Origin: an uncultured Rubrivirga sp.
GTDB lineage: Bacteria; Actinomycetota; Actinomycetes; S36-B12
Reading direction: 5' to 3'
Length of the DNA stretch: 57,654 bases
Assembly (NCBI GenBank): GCA_964413305.1
Contig: CAYPSE010000001.1
Location: 1-57,654, forward strand
Of the stretch, positions 27,972 through 40,422 are shown piece after piece. Both the position numbers and the translations under genes were made by a program. Position 1 is the first letter of the stretch; every line of letters starts with the position of its first letter. The notes below the pieces were generated by a model. The model was given only the letters and a program-made list of their open reading frames with translations. It did not search any database and was not told where the DNA came from.

Positions 27972-30083
27972 ATGCCCGCAGCGTCCGTCGTACCCCGTTT
28001 TCCGGCCCGAATCCCGGCTCGACTGGACGACTCGAGCGGATCGTCCGCCACCGAGTGGGACGTTAGCGACGAAAGGGCCGTGGCGTACCTGCGAGCGCTA
28101 GCCATGGACTCGGTCCAGCAGGTGGGTAATGGCCACCCGGGAACCGCTATGTCGCTGGCGCCGGTCGCCTACCTGCTCTTCCGGGACTTCGTTCGCCACG
28201 ACCCCGCGGATCCGAACTGGCTGGGCCGAGACAGGTTCGTGATGAGCGCGGGGCACTCGAGCCTCACGCTGTACAGCCAACTGCTCTTGTCCGGGATGTT
28301 GGAACTCGATGATCTGCGCACCTTCCGCACCTGGGGATCTCGCACCCCGGGCCACCCCGAGTACGGACACACCCCGGGGGTGGAGACCACCACCGGTCCC
28401 CTCGGGCAGGGCCTGGCTACGGCGGTGGGTATGGCGATGGCCGCCCGCTACGAGAAGGGTCTGCTCGATCCGACATGCCCACCCGATCGCGAGAGCCCTT
28501 TCGACCACCGCATCTGGGTGATCGCCTCCGACGGCGACCTCGAGGAGGGCATCTGTGCCGAGGCCTCATCACTAGCCGGGCGTCAGGAATTGGCCAACCT
28601 GTGCGTGGTCTGGGACGACAACCGCATCTCGATCGAGGGTGACACGTCCGTGGCCTTCACCGAGGACGTGGTGGCCCGCTATCGCTCCTATGGGTGGCAC
28701 GTGAGGGAAGTTGAGATGCTCGAGTCCGGCGATGTGGACGTCGTTGGGCTGGCGGCTGCTCTCCATGCTGCGCAGCAGACCACCCACGCACCGACGTTCA
28801 TTCGGTTGCGCACCACCATCGCCTGGCCCGCGCCGAATGCGCGCGGGACTGCCAAGTCACACGGCGCTGCTCTGGGAGCCGATGAAGTCGCCGCCACCAA
28901 GCGTGAGCTGGGGCTCGAGCCCGACCAGCACTTCGCCTTCGATGATCAACTCCTCCGAGCGATACGAGGCGATCGACGACGCAACGGGGCTGCTGCCCGC
29001 GCGCAGTGGGAGGAGCGGTTCGCCGCGTGGGAGAAAGACAACCCCCGGGGAGCGACACTGCTGGAGCGGCTCTTGACGGGTGAACCGCCGCAGGGCGTCG
29101 CATCCGCCCTGCCGTCGTTCGAATCCGGCTCGTCGGTCGCCACTCGCAAAGCTTCCGGCGACACCATCAGCGCCCTCGCCCAGGTCATGCCCGAACTGTG
29201 GGGCGGATCCTCGGATTTGGCTGAATCGAACAACACCAGCATCGCCGGTGCTGTGAGCTTCCTGCCCGAATCGTCCGATACCTCCTCACCCGCGGGCCGC
29301 ATCATCCACTTCGGAATCCGCGAACACGCGATGGGAGCGATCGTGAACGGCATCGCCCTCGACGGGTTGACGCGGCCCTTCGGGGGAACGTTCCTGGTAT
29401 TCAGCGACTACATGCGCGGTGCGGTGCGATTGGCCGCGTTGATGGATATCCCCAGCACTTTCGTCTGGACCCACGATTCGATCGGCCTGGGTGAGGACGG
29501 TCCGACCCACCAACCGATCGAGCACCTGTGGTCGTTGCGGGCTATCCCCGGGCTCGCTGTATGCCGTCCTGCAGATGCCCGGGAAACCGCTGCCGCCTGG
29601 CTGGCCACGGTCCGTCAACGCGGGCCGGTGGGCCTGATCCTCAGCAGGCAGAACCTTCCGGTACTCGACATCGACCAACACGAGGTGAATCAGGGCGTCG
29701 CACGCGGTGCCTACCTGGTGAGAAGGGTTCCGGATGCTCAGGCGCTGATCGTTGCGACGGGCTCGGAGGTGTCTTTGGCCCTCGCTGCTGCCGACGAACT
29801 AGCAGACGCGGGACTACCCGTGAACGTGGTGAGCATGCCGTGCACGGAGTGGTTCGACGCGCAAGATCAGGAGTACCGGGACTCGGTCCTCGATCCGACC
29901 ATCACCGCCCGCGTTGCGGTCGAGGCAGGTGCGACCGTGGGATGGCATCGATACGTGGGTGATCGAGGGCGCGTCATCGGCATCGACCACTTCGGTGCCA
30001 GTGCCGACGCTGCTCGACTGTTCACCGAGTTCGGTGTCACGTCGGATGCGATCGCCGCCGCGGTGCGTGAGGTCACGGCATGA
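27972..30083 (+). CDS. tkt: transketolase
   Basis: 703 aa from the ATG at 27972: LRALAMDSVQQVGNGHPGTAMSLAPVAYLLF...DRFVMSAGHSSLTLY...GPLGQG...SDGDLEEG...FGIREHAM...THDSIGLGEDGPTHQPIEHL. Confidence 0.95.
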   Translation: MPAASVVPRFPARIPARLDDSSGSSATEWDVSDERAVAYLRALAMDSVQQVGNGHPGTAMSLAPVAYLLFRDFVRHDPADPNWLGRDRFVMSAGHSSLTLYSQLLLSGMLELDDLRTFRTWGSRTPGHPEYGHTPGVETTTGPLGQGLATAVGMAMAARYEKGLLDPTCPPDRESPFDHRIWVIASDGDLEEGICAEASSLAGRQELANLCVVWDDNRISIEGDTSVAFTEDVVARYRSYGWHVREVEMLESGDVDVVGLAAALHAAQQTTHAPTFIRLRTTIAWPAPNARGTAKSHGAALGADEVAATKRELGLEPDQHFAFDDQLLRAIRGDRRRNGAAARAQWEERFAAWEKDNPRGATLLERLLTGEPPQGVASALPSFESGSSVATRKASGDTISALAQVMPELWGGSSDLAESNNTSIAGAVSFLPESSDTSSPAGRIIHFGIREHAMGAIVNGIALDGLTRPFGGTFLVFSDYMRGAVRLAALMDIPSTFVWTHDSIGLGEDGPTHQPIEHLWSLRAIPGLAVCRPADARETAAAWLATVRQRGPVGLILSRQNLPVLDIDQHEVNQGVARGAYLVRRVPDAQALIVATGSEVSLALAAADELADAGLPVNVVSMPCTEWFDAQDQEYRDSVLDPTITARVAVEAGATVGWHRYVGDRGRVIGIDHFGASADAARLFTEFGVTSDAIAAAVREVTA

Positions 30084-31198
30084 CCCCAGCGGTGCTCGAC
30101 GAACTGACCGCCGGTGGCGTGAGTCTGTGGTTGGACGATCTGGATCGCAGTCGCCTGGCATCCGCCACCGATTCCCGCAGCCTGCAGTACTTGATCAACA
30201 ACCGAGCGATCCGTGGGGTCACCACCAACCCCACCATCTTCGATCGGGCCGTAGGTTCGGGCAGCGCGGCATACGTAGAACAGCTCACCGAGCTTGGTCG
30301 CGATGGCACGAACGTCGACGACGCCATCCTGGCCGTGACCACCGACGATGTCCGGGCAGCGTGCGATGAACTGCTACCCGTTTGGGATGCCACCGCAGGA
30401 CTTGACGGACGCGTGTCGATCGAGGTTGATCCCCGACTCGCGCACGACACCGATGGAACCGTCGCACAGGCTGGAGTGCTGTGGCGCATCGTGGATCGCC
30501 CTAATGCGATGATCAAGATTCCGGCGACGAGGGCCGGTCTGCCTGCAATCTCCCAGGTGCTCGCCCAGGGCATCAGCGTGAACGTGACGCTGATCTTCTC
30601 CGTCGATCGTTACCGGGAGGTGATGGCAGCACACCTCGAAGGGTTGCAGCTGGCGCACGCGGCCGGCCTGGATCTGTCCCGGATCGAGTCGGTGGCGTCA
30701 TTCTTCGTCAGTCGGGTGGACACCGCGGTCGATGCGCTGTTGGACGCGATGGGCACGCCCGAGGCCGCTCGGCTACGCGGCAGCGCCGCCATCGCTAATG
30801 CGCGGATAGCGTGGAATGCCTTCGAACAGCACACCGGCACAGACGACTGGCGACAACTCAACGCGGCAGGGGCACGGTCCCAGCGCCCGTTGTGGGCGAG
30901 CACCGGAGTGAAGGATCCCGCCTACGACCCTGCGCGTTACGTCGTGGAGTTGGCGGCACCGGGCTGTGTGAACACTGTGCCGGAGGCGACCTTGCATGCG
31001 GTGGCCGAATCGGCCGTCTACCTCGGCGACACCATGAGCGGACGGGCGCAGGAGGCGCAGCAGACGCTGCGGGATCTGGACGATCTGGGCATCGACTTGA
31101 AGCGAGTGTGCGAGGAACTGGAGGCAGCAGGCGTCGCCTCGTTCATCGATAGTTGGTTGGGGCTTCGCGCGACGGTGGCGAATGCGCTCTCGCGGTAG
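30080..31198 (+). CDS. tal: transaldolase (actinobacterial long type)
   Basis: 372 aa: GVSLWLDDLDR...GVTTNPTIF...VSIEVDPRLAHD...MIKIPAT..G...NVTLIFS. ATGA overlap with tkt. Confidence 0.95.
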   Translation: MTPAVLDELTAGGVSLWLDDLDRSRLASATDSRSLQYLINNRAIRGVTTNPTIFDRAVGSGSAAYVEQLTELGRDGTNVDDAILAVTTDDVRAACDELLPVWDATAGLDGRVSIEVDPRLAHDTDGTVAQAGVLWRIVDRPNAMIKIPATRAGLPAISQVLAQGISVNVTLIFSVDRYREVMAAHLEGLQLAHAAGLDLSRIESVASFFVSRVDTAVDALLDAMGTPEAARLRGSAAIANARIAWNAFEQHTGTDDWRQLNAAGARSQRPLWASTGVKDPAYDPARYVVELAAPGCVNTVPEATLHAVAESAVYLGDTMSGRAQEAQQTLRDLDDLGIDLKRVCEELEAAGVASFIDSWLGLRATVANALSR

Positions 31199-31237
31199 AC
31201 GTCCTGCTCGACGGGCACCCCGCAACCGGCGCGGCCG

Positions 31238-31570
31238 CTATTTCCCGTGCAACCGATCCAGCGCCTCCTGCAGAATCGCTGCACCATCCTTATCGGAACG
31301 ACGTTCCTTGACGTAGGCGAGATGGGTCTTGTACGGCTCGATCTTCGGTGGCGCGGGGGGATTCTCCTGGTCGCGGCCAGCCGGCAGTCCGCAGCGCGGG
31401 CAATCCCACTCCTCGGGAACCTCCGCGTCAGTCGCGAAACTCGGCCTCGACTCGTGCTTGTTGGAACACCAGAAGGAAATGTGGATTCGAGGTGCAGCCT
31501 CGCCGCGCTCCGCCTCACCCATCGGGCCGGCGCCTACGCGGCTACCCCGAATAGCACTGCCACCTGCCAT
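31238..31570 (-). CDS. rbpA: RNA polymerase-binding protein RbpA
   Basis: 110 aa: RIHISFWCSNKHESRPSFATDAEVPEEWDCPRCGLPAGRD...YKTHLAYVKERRSD. GAAGGAGGA lies ahead of the ATG. Confidence 0.9.
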   Translation of the reverse strand: MAGGSAIRGSRVGAGPMGEAERGEAAPRIHISFWCSNKHESRPSFATDAEVPEEWDCPRCGLPAGRDQENPPAPPKIEPYKTHLAYVKERRSDKDGAAILQEALDRLHGK

Positions 31571-31658
31571 CTGTCGTCCTCCTTCATCTCCGCCACCACC
31601 TCGCGGCGGTGCCGAATCGGTGCCGAATCCGCGCCGTCGTGGCGCCGAGTGCGAATGT

Positions 31659-31901
31659 CTAGGTACTGATGATCAATCCGACGGCCACGATGCTTGCCGC
31701 CCACACCAGCCCGATTCCCACGGTCAGGCGGTCCAGGTTCTTCTCCGCCACCGACGAACCGCCGATGGACGATGAGACGCCACCACCGAAGAGGTCGGAC
31801 AATCCGCCGCCCTTGCCGCGGTGCAGCAGGATCAAGACGACCAGTAGCACGCTGGTGATGACCAGGAGAACGGCCAGGACGATGGTGAGGATGGTGATCA
31901 T
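31659..31901 (-). CDS. secG: preprotein translocase subunit SecG
   Basis: 80 aa: TM, then LLHRGKGGGLSDLFGGG...S..EKNLDRLT, then TM. Positioned downstream of tpiA. Confidence 0.9.
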   Translation of the reverse strand: MITILTIVLAVLLVITSVLLVVLILLHRGKGGGLSDLFGGGVSSSIGGSSVAEKNLDRLTVGIGLVWAASIVAVGLIIST

Positions 31902-31925
31902 GAGGGGCCCAACGATACCGCGGGG

Positions 31926-32717
31926 CTATGCCGCGGCTTCAGGGTGCAGGCGGTAGCGCACGATCCCGATGAATTCGTCGGCATCCAAACTCGCTCCGCC
32001 CACCAAACAACCGTCCACATCGGGTTGGGACATGATCCCGGCCACGTTGGTCGCCTTGACCGATCCGCCGTAGAGGATGCGCACCGACTCGGCGGGTGCC
32101 GCTCCCCTGGTTTCGGCGATGTCCGCCCGGATGGCAGCGCAAACCTCCTGGGCGTCCTGGCCGGTGGCTACTTCGCCGGTGCCGATCGCCCAGACGGGCT
32201 CATAGGCGATGACCAGACCGGCCACGTCGTCGTCGGAAATCCCAGCCAACGATCCGCGCACTTGGTCCAGCACATACGCCACGTGCTCTCCGGACTGTCG
32301 GATCTCCAACCCCTCACCCACGCAGACGATGGGCACAAGCTCGTTCACCAGCGCCGCGGCGGCCTTTGCTGCCACCGTGGAGTCGTCCTCGCCGTGGTAC
32401 TGGCGACGTTCACTGTGACCCACCGCAACGTAGGTGCAGCCGAGTTTGGCCAACATCGCTCCGGATATCTCGCCGGTGTAGGCGCCGGAAGCGTGCACGG
32501 AGATGTCCTGAGCACCGTAGGCGATGTCGTAGTGGTCGCCTTCGATCAGCGTCTGCACGCTTCGAATATCGGTGAATGGCGGCAATACCGCCACCTCGAC
32601 AGCTTCGAGGTCCTGCTCACTCAGCGCGAATGCGAGCTTTTGCACCAGTGCGATCGCTTCGAAGTGATTCAGGTTCATCTTCCAGTTGCCAGCCATCAAC
32701 GGCTTGCGATCGCTCAC
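31926..32717 (-). CDS. tpiA: triosephosphate isomerase
   Basis: 263 aa: [10 protein letters not shown]...AYGAQD...[22 protein letters not shown]...[15 protein letters not shown] overlap with the pgk stop. Confidence 0.95.
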   Translation of the reverse strand: MSDRKPLMAGNWKMNLNHFEAIALVQKLAFALSEQDLEAVEVAVLPPFTDIRSVQTLIEGDHYDIAYGAQDISVHASGAYTGEISGAMLAKLGCTYVAVGHSERRQYHGEDDSTVAAKAAAALVNELVPIVCVGEGLEIRQSGEHVAYVLDQVRGSLAGISDDDVAGLVIAYEPVWAIGTGEVATGQDAQEVCAAIRADIAETRGAAPAESVRILYGGSVKATNVAGIMSQPDVDGCLVGGASLDADEFIGIVRYRLHPEAAA

Positions 32718-33916
32718 GCTTCCTCCTCGAGAACTGCCAGACCTGGCAATTGCTTACCTTCCAAGAATTCCAAGCTGGCACCGCCGCCGGTGCTGATGTG
32801 ATCGAAGGCGGCCTCGTCGATTCCGAGCGTGCGGATAGCTGCGGCGGAATCACCACCGCCGACGACGGTCATTGCCGACGACGCCGCCATCGCGCTGGCG
32901 ACAGCGATCGTCCCAGCGGCGAAGGGCTCCATCTCAAAGACACCCATGGGCCCGTTCCACACGACCGTCCCGGCATCAGCGATCAAGGTTACGTAGCGCT
33001 CGGCGGTTAGAGGTCCGATGTCTAACCCCATCCAGCCTTCGAGTATCTGGTCCACCGACACGACCTTCACCTGCGCGTCCGCGGCGAAACGATCGGCCAC
33101 CACAACATCGATCGGCAGCACGATTTCAACACCACGTGCGGCTGCTTGGTCCAAGAATCCTTGAACGGTAGGAATCTGATCCTCCTCCAGTAGGGAGGAT
33201 CCAACGGAGTATCCCTGGGCGGCGAGGAAGGTGAACGCCATGCCACCGCCAATCAGCAACCGATCCACGCGTGGGATCAGGTTGCCGATGACTGCGAGCT
33301 TGTCGCTGACCTTCGAACCACCCAGCACCACCACGTACGGGCGGGCGGGGTCGCCGAGCAACTCGGCGAAGACCTGCGCTTCCCTATGCACAAGACGGCC
33401 GGCTGCGTTGGGCAACGCCCGCGCAAGATCGGTTACCGAGGCTTGTTCCCGGTGGACAACGCCGAAGCCTTCGGACACGAAAACGTCTCCGAGTGAGGCA
33501 AGTTCGGCGGCCAGTGCTGATCGCTGCGCCGAATCCTTGCTGGTCTCCCGCGCGTCGAAACGGATGTTCTCCAGCAACACCACCCCACCGGGACCGCAGC
33601 GTTCGAGCATCTCCCGGGCCTGCGGTATGTCCGAAGCGAGGTCCACGGGACTGCCGATGAACTCCGACAGAGCCCGGGCTACGGGAGCCAGGCTCAATGC
33701 TGGATCCACTGTGCCCTTCGGCCGCCCGAGATGGGCGACAAGCAGGAGTCGAGCGCCTTGGTCGCGCAGGTAATCGATCGTCGGCAAGGCAGCCTCGATG
33801 CGTCCAGCATCCGTGATGATGCGTTCGCCGTGTTCGTCGTCGGCCAGCGGGACGTTGAAGTCCACGCGGACGATGACGACGGACCCGGAGACGGAAAGGT
33901 CGTCCAGGGTCCGCAT
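32714..33916 (-). CDS. pgk: phosphoglycerate kinase
   Basis: 400 aa from the ATG of MRTLDDL: VRVDFNVPL...[10 protein letters not shown]...[10 protein letters not shown]...GGSKVSDKL...GGGMAFTF...WNGPMGVFE...[14 protein letters not shown]. Confidence 0.95.
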   Translation of the reverse strand: MRTLDDLSVSGSVVIVRVDFNVPLADDEHGERIITDAGRIEAALPTIDYLRDQGARLLLVAHLGRPKGTVDPALSLAPVARALSEFIGSPVDLASDIPQAREMLERCGPGGVVLLENIRFDARETSKDSAQRSALAAELASLGDVFVSEGFGVVHREQASVTDLARALPNAAGRLVHREAQVFAELLGDPARPYVVVLGGSKVSDKLAVIGNLIPRVDRLLIGGGMAFTFLAAQGYSVGSSLLEEDQIPTVQGFLDQAAARGVEIVLPIDVVVADRFAADAQVKVVSVDQILEGWMGLDIGPLTAERYVTLIADAGTVVWNGPMGVFEMEPFAAGTIAVASAMAASSAMTVVGGGDSAAAIRTLGIDEAAFDHISTGGGASLEFLEGKQLPGLAVLEEEA

Positions 33917-33918
33917 GC

Positions 33919-35001
<1,083 letters not shown>

Positions 35002-35052
35002 TTACGTACAGGTGACACGGTCGTGACGGTGACGCGTCAGTCGTCGGTCAGA

Positions 35053-36036
35053 TCAGTCATCCGCGAGATCGGCATCGACCAACGCTGCTTCGGTGTCCGG
35101 AATGCCCAGCTCGGCCGCCCGTTTGTCGGCCAGTGCCAGCAACCGACGGATTCGGCCGGCGATCGCGTCCTTGGTCATCGGCGGATCGGCCAGTGCACCG
35201 AGTTCCTCCAAGCTCGCCTGCTGGTTATCCATGCGCAGCCGACCGGCCACCACGAGGTGGTCGGGCACGTCCTCGCCCAAGATCTCCAGTGCCCGACCCA
35301 CGCGCGCACTCGCAGCGACCGCTGCACGAGCCGAGCGTCGAAGGTTGGCGTCGTCGAAATTGGCCAGCCGGTTGGCGGTCGCCCGAACCTCGCGGCGCAT
35401 GCGTCGCTCCTCCCAGGCCAGAACCGACTCGTGTGCGCCCATCCGCGTCAACAACGCGCCGATGGCGTCGCCGTCGCGGATCACCACCCGGTCCACGCCA
35501 CGGACCTCGCGAGACTTGGCCGCGATGCCCAGCCTGCGCGCAGCACCGACAAGGGCGAGCGCGGCCTCCGGACCGGGGGCGGTCACCTCCAACGACGACG
35601 AACGGCCCGGTTCGGTCAACGATCCGTGGGCGAGGAAAGCTCCGCGCCAAGCCGCTTCACAGTCGCACAGACCACCGGCGACGATGGCCGGCGGAAGGCC
35701 GCGGACCGGGCGTCCGCTGGCATCGACGATGCCGGTCTGCTTGGCAAGCGCCTCGCCCCCCGCGCTCACCCTCACCAGGTACCGCGTTCCCTTGCGAATG
35801 CCGGTGCCCTGGACGATGGCGACCTCGCTGTCGTGACCGTAGACATCGAAGATGTCCTTTCGCAGGCGGCGCGCGATAGCGCCCGCATCCACCTCCACCT
35901 CGATGACGATGGACCCGCCGACGATATGCAGAGCACCGCCGAACCGGAGCAGAGTGGAAACCTCGGCCTTGCGGCAACAGGTCTTGGTCACTTCGACCCG
36001 ACTCAACTCGTCCTTGACTGCGGCGGTCATCGCCAT
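35053..36036 (-). CDS. whiA: DNA-binding sporulation/cell-division regulator WhiA
   Basis: 327 aa from [14 protein letters not shown], near-colinear with mycobacterial WhiA ([22 protein letters not shown]...[23 protein letters not shown]...[16 protein letters not shown]). An alternative ATG at 36057 makes an ATGA overlap with yvcK. Confidence 0.9.
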   Translation of the reverse strand: MAMTAAVKDELSRVEVTKTCCRKAEVSTLLRFGGALHIVGGSIVIEVEVDAGAIARRLRKDIFDVYGHDSEVAIVQGTGIRKGTRYLVRVSAGGEALAKQTGIVDASGRPVRGLPPAIVAGGLCDCEAAWRGAFLAHGSLTEPGRSSSLEVTAPGPEAALALVGAARRLGIAAKSREVRGVDRVVIRDGDAIGALLTRMGAHESVLAWEERRMRREVRATANRLANFDDANLRRSARAAVAASARVGRALEILGEDVPDHLVVAGRLRMDNQQASLEELGALADPPMTKDAIAGRIRRLLALADKRAAELGIPDTEAALVDADLADD

Positions 36037-36053
36037 AGTGGCCGTTCCTCCCG

Positions 36054-37019
36054 TCATCCGGCGAGAACCGTATCGAAGACGTGCGCCAGCTTGCCGGGGT
36101 CGTGCCGATCCCCGTGTCCTGCCACCTCGGCTTCGATGACTTCCGCACCCCAACCTCGGCACGCCGCGATCAGGTTGGCTCGAGCCTCGCCGCTGCCCAC
36201 ATGACGGCTATCGGCGATCACAACGTCGAAACGCATCTTCGGGGCGAGGTTGGTGATCGCGTCGATGTGCTCTGCCGGGGAGAAATCTCCTGTCTCCCCC
36301 TCCTGTGGATCGAGATTGAGGACCAGGATCCGGCGTCCGGCAGCCGACTCCACGTGTTCGCCCTGCGTCGGCATGAGCAGGTGCGGCATCAGCGATGTGA
36401 ACCACGAGCCAGGACCCAAGACGATGGCATCGGCGTCGTCTATCGCCTCCAGCGCCTGGGTGCACGGACGGGCACCGGCGGGCTCGATCCGCACGAGTTC
36501 GACGCGCCCCGGTGTGGTGGCGATCTCGACTTGGCCGCGAACCTCGACGACGTCGCCCGGTCGTGATTGGTCGTGCCCGCGGATGAGGGCGACGATCTCC
36601 AAGGGGTCCACGCTGCACGGCAGTACCTGACCGACCGCACCCACCAAGGCACCCAGTTCCTGCAAACCGGCCACAGCGTCCGAACTGTTCTCCCACAGCG
36701 CGGCCATGAGCAGATTCCCCACCGCGTGGCCGCCGAGATCGCCATCCCCACCGAATCGATACTGCAGGACATCCGCCCAGGCCCGAGAGGCGACGTCGTT
36801 CGCGCACAGTGCCGCGACCGCCATGCGCAGATCACCGGGAGGCAGAATCCCGAACTCTCGGCGGAGTCGCCCGCTGGAGCCGCCATCGTCGGCCACCCCC
36901 ACTACGGCCGTGATGCGGTCGGTGACCCGGCGAAGGGCCTGCAAGGTCACGGAAAGCCCATGACCACCCCCGAGGGCGACGACCTTCGGGGCGGGCACGA
37001 TGGGGCTCGTCGTCGCCAC
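36054..37019 (-). CDS. yvcK: gluconeogenesis factor YvcK/CuvA family (UPF0052)
   Basis: 321 aa, GTG start: [20 protein letters not shown]....[17 protein letters not shown]...PPGDLR...LGPGSWFTS. Confidence 0.9.
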   Translation of the reverse strand: MATTSPIVPAPKVVALGGGHGLSVTLQALRRVTDRITAVVGVADDGGSSGRLRREFGILPPGDLRMAVAALCANDVASRAWADVLQYRFGGDGDLGGHAVGNLLMAALWENSSDAVAGLQELGALVGAVGQVLPCSVDPLEIVALIRGHDQSRPGDVVEVRGQVEIATTPGRVELVRIEPAGARPCTQALEAIDDADAIVLGPGSWFTSLMPHLLMPTQGEHVESAAGRRILVLNLDPQEGETGDFSPAEHIDAITNLAPKMRFDVVIADSRHVGSGEARANLIAACRGWGAEVIEAEVAGHGDRHDPGKLAHVFDTVLAG

Positions 37020-37022
37020 GCC

Positions 37023-37952
37023 CTACTCCTTGCCGATGTCCCGATGCTCGACCCCAACCGCCACGTTGGGTGCTTCGAGGTTTCGTGCCAATTCCTCGGT
37101 GAGGGCGACGCTGCGGTGCTTGCCTCCGGTGCACCCCACCGCAACCGTCACGAATCGCTTGCCCTCACGCAGGTAGCCGTCGCGAGTGGTCCGCACCAAA
37201 GCACCCAGGTGGTCGAGGAACTCGTGCGCGCCTTCTGCCTCCAGGACGGCCCTCGCAACGTCGGGATCTTGTCCGGTGCGATCGCGTAGCTTCTCGTCCC
37301 AATAGGGATTGGGCAGGAATCGAGCATCGGCCACCATGTCAGCGTCCACCGGGATTCCGTGCTTGAACCCGAAGGACATCACCGTGATGTTGAGACGTTC
37401 GTCGGGATCGGCGAATGCTGCATCGATCGCACGCCGCAGTTCGTGCACATTCAGCGACGTCGTATCGATGACCAGATCGGCTTGGGAACGAAGGTCACCG
37501 AGGACCAGGCGCTCCTTGCGCAGGCCATCGAGGATTCGCGCGCCCTCCTGCAAAGGGTGCGGTCGGCGCGATGATTCGAAACGACGCACCAACGACTCCT
37601 CGGACGCCTCAAGGAACAGGACTCGAAGGTTCACGCCAGATCCCCGCAGACCGGACATCGCTTCAGCCAACTGAGGGAAGAACGAACCTCCGCGTGCATC
37701 GACGACCACGGCTACCCGCTGTACATCGGGATTGTCCTCGGCTACCTCGATAGCCGCGCCCAGCAGCATCGGCGGGATGTTGTCGATTACGAACCAGCCG
37801 GCGTCCTCGAGCGCCCGGGCCGCGGTGGAGCGGCCCGCTCCGGACATCCCGGTCACGAGCAGGACATTGAACGTATCGGCTGAGGAATCGGCGGATCCGG
37901 AACTCGCGCATCCGGATTTCGCGGATCCGGAGCCCGATGATCGATCATTCAT
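37023..37952 (-). CDS. rapZ: RNase adapter / nucleotide-binding protein RapZ (YvcJ)
   Basis: [32 protein letters not shown]...FLEAS...LVRRFE..RR.HPL...[13 protein letters not shown]. The start is set at MNDRSS (ATG 37952), giving an 8-nt overlap with uvrC. It has a Ser/Gly-rich N-terminal tail. Confidence 0.9.
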   Translation of the reverse strand: MNDRSSGSGSAKSGCASSGSADSSADTFNVLLVTGMSGAGRSTAARALEDAGWFVIDNIPPMLLGAAIEVAEDNPDVQRVAVVVDARGGSFFPQLAEAMSGLRGSGVNLRVLFLEASEESLVRRFESSRRPHPLQEGARILDGLRKERLVLGDLRSQADLVIDTTSLNVHELRRAIDAAFADPDERLNITVMSFGFKHGIPVDADMVADARFLPNPYWDEKLRDRTGQDPDVARAVLEAEGAHEFLDHLGALVRTTRDGYLREGKRFVTVAVGCTGGKHRSVALTEELARNLEAPNVAVGVEHRDIGKE

Positions 37953-39897
37953 GTCCGACTCCCGAATCCTGAGCGTGGTCGCCCGCCTGGTCTGCATCCG
38001 ACGCTAGCGCCTGCACGATTGCCTGGGCCAAGGCAGGACCGATTCCGGGCACGGACTGCAATTGGGCATCCGTCGCCTGACGAATGGCCTTCACCGATCC
38101 GAAGTGTCGGATCAAGGCTTTCGCCTTGACCTCGCCCAAGCCGGGCACGTCGTCCAGGGCGCTGCGCCGCTGGCGCTTGCCGCGACGCTTCCGGTGGAAT
38201 GCGATCGCAGTGCGGTGCGCTTCATCACGCACCCGCTGCAACAGGTAGAGGGCTTCACTCGTTCGCGGCAAGATGATGGGGTCGGCCGACTCCGGCGACC
38301 ACACTTCCTCCAACCGCTTGGCCAGGCCCACCACCGGGATGTCTCCGGCACCCACCTCGGTCAAAGCCTGTTGAGCGGCGGCCACCTGCGGCGCTCCCCC
38401 GTCGATCACCAGCAGACCGGGCGGATACGCGAAGGTTCGCGACTTGGCGACATCGTCTCCCGTGTCGCCTTCAGATTCTGCGCCTGGTTCCACGTTGAGA
38501 CTGCGCGCGAACCGCCGCTCCACCACCTCGCGGACCGATGCGAGGTCGTCGGCTTTGGGTGTCTTGATGATGAAGCTCCGATAATCGCTCTTCCTGGGTA
38601 GCCCGTCCTCGAAGACAACCAACGACGCCACGGTGTCGGTGCCCTGCAGCGTGGAGATGTCGATGCACTCGATGCGCAACGGTGCTTCGGTGAGGTCCAG
38701 GTAACCCTGGAGTTCGGCGAGTGCCTCACTGCGCGCGGTCAGGTCACTCGAGCGCTTGAATCGGTGCCGCATGAGAGCCTCCTGAGCATTGGCACTCGCG
38801 GTCTCCATCAATGCCCGCTTGTCACCCCGTTGCGGCACTCTGATTTCGACGGGCCCACCCCGACGTTCGGTCAGCCAGGCCGCCAGGGACGCTCGATCTT
38901 GAGGCTGTGCGGACACCAGAACTTCTCGGGGTGGGCGCGCGCTATCGATCTCTACTCCCTCTCGCCCGGCGTAGAGTCGCTGCAGCACCCGCTCGACGTA
39001 GCCGCCGAGCGGAATGTCCTCGGCCTTTTCGACGATGAAACTACGTTCACCGGTAAGGCGACCGGAGCGCACGTGGAAGACCTGGACCCCGATTTCCAGG
39101 AGATCGTCGTGCAGCGCGATGACATCCGCGTCGGTCCCGTCGTCGAACACGACCGTATTTCGCTCCATGGCTCGCTTGAGGGCTCCAAGTCGATCCCGAA
39201 GTCGAGCGGCCTCTTCGTACTCCTGCCGTGCAGCTGCCTCGTTCATCGCTGATTGGAGTTGGCTTACGAAAGGCTTGGTGTTACCGGATAGGAATTTGCA
39301 CATGTCGTCGACTCGCTCGCGGTAACCATCACGATCGATGCGTCCTACGCACGGTGCGCTGCATTTATCGATGTAGCCGAGCAGACACGGCCGTCCCAAC
39401 GCAGCGGCACGCTTGAACACTCCATCGCGACAGGTGCGAACACCGAACACCTTGGACAGTTCGTCGAGGGTTTCGCGAATGGCCCACGCATGTGCGTAGG
39501 GCCCGAAGTACCGCGTGCCCCTTCGTCGAGGCTCCCGAACCACCGCCGCCCGTGGAAAGTCCTCCCCCACCGTCACGGCCAGATACGGGTAGGACTTGTC
39601 GTCGCGGTACTTCACGTTGAAGCGAGGATCGAACTCCTTGATCCAGGTGAATTCCAAGGCCAACGCTTCGACTTCGTTGGCAACCACCACCCAGTCCACC
39701 GACGATGCGGCGGTGAGCATCGACTGGGTACGCGGGTGCAAGGACGCGAAGTCGGCGAAGTATGAATTCAGACGAGAGCGCAAGGACCTCGCTTTGCCGA
39801 CGTACACGACGCGACCATGTCCGTCCCGGAAGCGGTACACACCGGGAGAGGTCGGAATCGACCCCGACGGGGGCCGGTAGTCGGTGGGATCACTCAT
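37945..39897 (-). CDS. uvrC: excinuclease ABC subunit C
   Basis: 650 aa from the ATG at 39897: GIY-YIG ([25 protein letters not shown]), a UVR domain ([12 protein letters not shown]) and a C-terminal (HhH)2. The track start at 39906 is a TTG. Confidence 0.95.
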   Translation of the reverse strand: MSDPTDYRPPSGSIPTSPGVYRFRDGHGRVVYVGKARSLRSRLNSYFADFASLHPRTQSMLTAASSVDWVVVANEVEALALEFTWIKEFDPRFNVKYRDDKSYPYLAVTVGEDFPRAAVVREPRRRGTRYFGPYAHAWAIRETLDELSKVFGVRTCRDGVFKRAAALGRPCLLGYIDKCSAPCVGRIDRDGYRERVDDMCKFLSGNTKPFVSQLQSAMNEAAARQEYEEAARLRDRLGALKRAMERNTVVFDDGTDADVIALHDDLLEIGVQVFHVRSGRLTGERSFIVEKAEDIPLGGYVERVLQRLYAGREGVEIDSARPPREVLVSAQPQDRASLAAWLTERRGGPVEIRVPQRGDKRALMETASANAQEALMRHRFKRSSDLTARSEALAELQGYLDLTEAPLRIECIDISTLQGTDTVASLVVFEDGLPRKSDYRSFIIKTPKADDLASVREVVERRFARSLNVEPGAESEGDTGDDVAKSRTFAYPPGLLVIDGGAPQVAAAQQALTEVGAGDIPVVGLAKRLEEVWSPESADPIILPRTSEALYLLQRVRDEAHRTAIAFHRKRRGKRQRRSALDDVPGLGEVKAKALIRHFGSVKAIRQATDAQLQSVPGIGPALAQAIVQALASDADQAGDHAQDSGVGHE

Positions 39898-39921
39898 CGC
39901 GGGCAACCTAGCCCAGCACGG

Positions 39922-40407
39922 CTAGCCCAGGAAGACCGAATCCTCCTGCACCCGGATGGTCACCGGCGGCAGTCCCGAATTGGCCGGACCCGCGAGAACG
40001 GCACCGTCCTGGGCGGAGAAGAGCGAACCGTGGCACGGGCACAAGATCTCGTTGGCTTCGACCGACGACATCAAGCAACCTTGGTGGGGACACACCGCAC
40101 TGAACGCTTTGATCTCACCTTCGGCGGGCTGCACCACCACCACGGGTGGCTCGGGGATCACCACTCCACCTTCGACCGGAACCTCGGAGACCGAGACGAG
40201 AACCTCGCCCTGATCGGCCTGGACCTCGGCGTCGCCGATCTCCTCCGCGATCTCCGCTTCTTCAGCAGTGCCGTCGCTCGCCTCCGGGGTCGCGGTGTCC
40301 CCTCCTGAGCAGGCGACGAGGACTCCTCCCACGGCCACCACGCCGCCGGCCGCCAAAAGCGCCCTGCGGGGAACCTGGACAACATCGGATATTCGGGATT
40401 CGCTCAT
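39922..40407 (-). CDS. secreted (Tat signal plus lipobox) Rieske [2Fe-2S] protein
   Basis: MSESRISDVVQVPRRALLAAGGVVAVGGVLVACSGG has a twin-arginine and an LVAC lipobox. An acidic linker follows, then CPHQGC...CPCHGSLF Rieske ligands. An alternative GTG start is at 40416. Confidence 0.8.
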   Translation of the reverse strand: MSESRISDVVQVPRRALLAAGGVVAVGGVLVACSGGDTATPEASDGTAEEAEIAEEIGDAEVQADQGEVLVSVSEVPVEGGVVIPEPPVVVVQPAEGEIKAFSAVCPHQGCLMSSVEANEILCPCHGSLFSAQDGAVLAGPANSGLPPVTIRVQEDSVFLG

Positions 40408-40422
40408 GACTGGCACAGTACG

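Noticed and set aside
31608-31629. Direct duplication GGTGCCGAATC x2 upstream of rbpA
   Set aside because: There are only two 11-nt copies. It does not match the sigma-R/sigma-H type promoter (GGAAT-N18-GTT) I looked for, so there is too little to support a function.
35023-36204. 393-aa plus-strand ORF, along with several others of 140-250 aa, lying antisense to whiA
   Set aside because: The opposite strand encodes an unmistakable WhiA. The antisense ORFs are Arg/Pro/Ala-rich with no recognisable motifs, which is the usual open-frame artefact of high-GC DNA.
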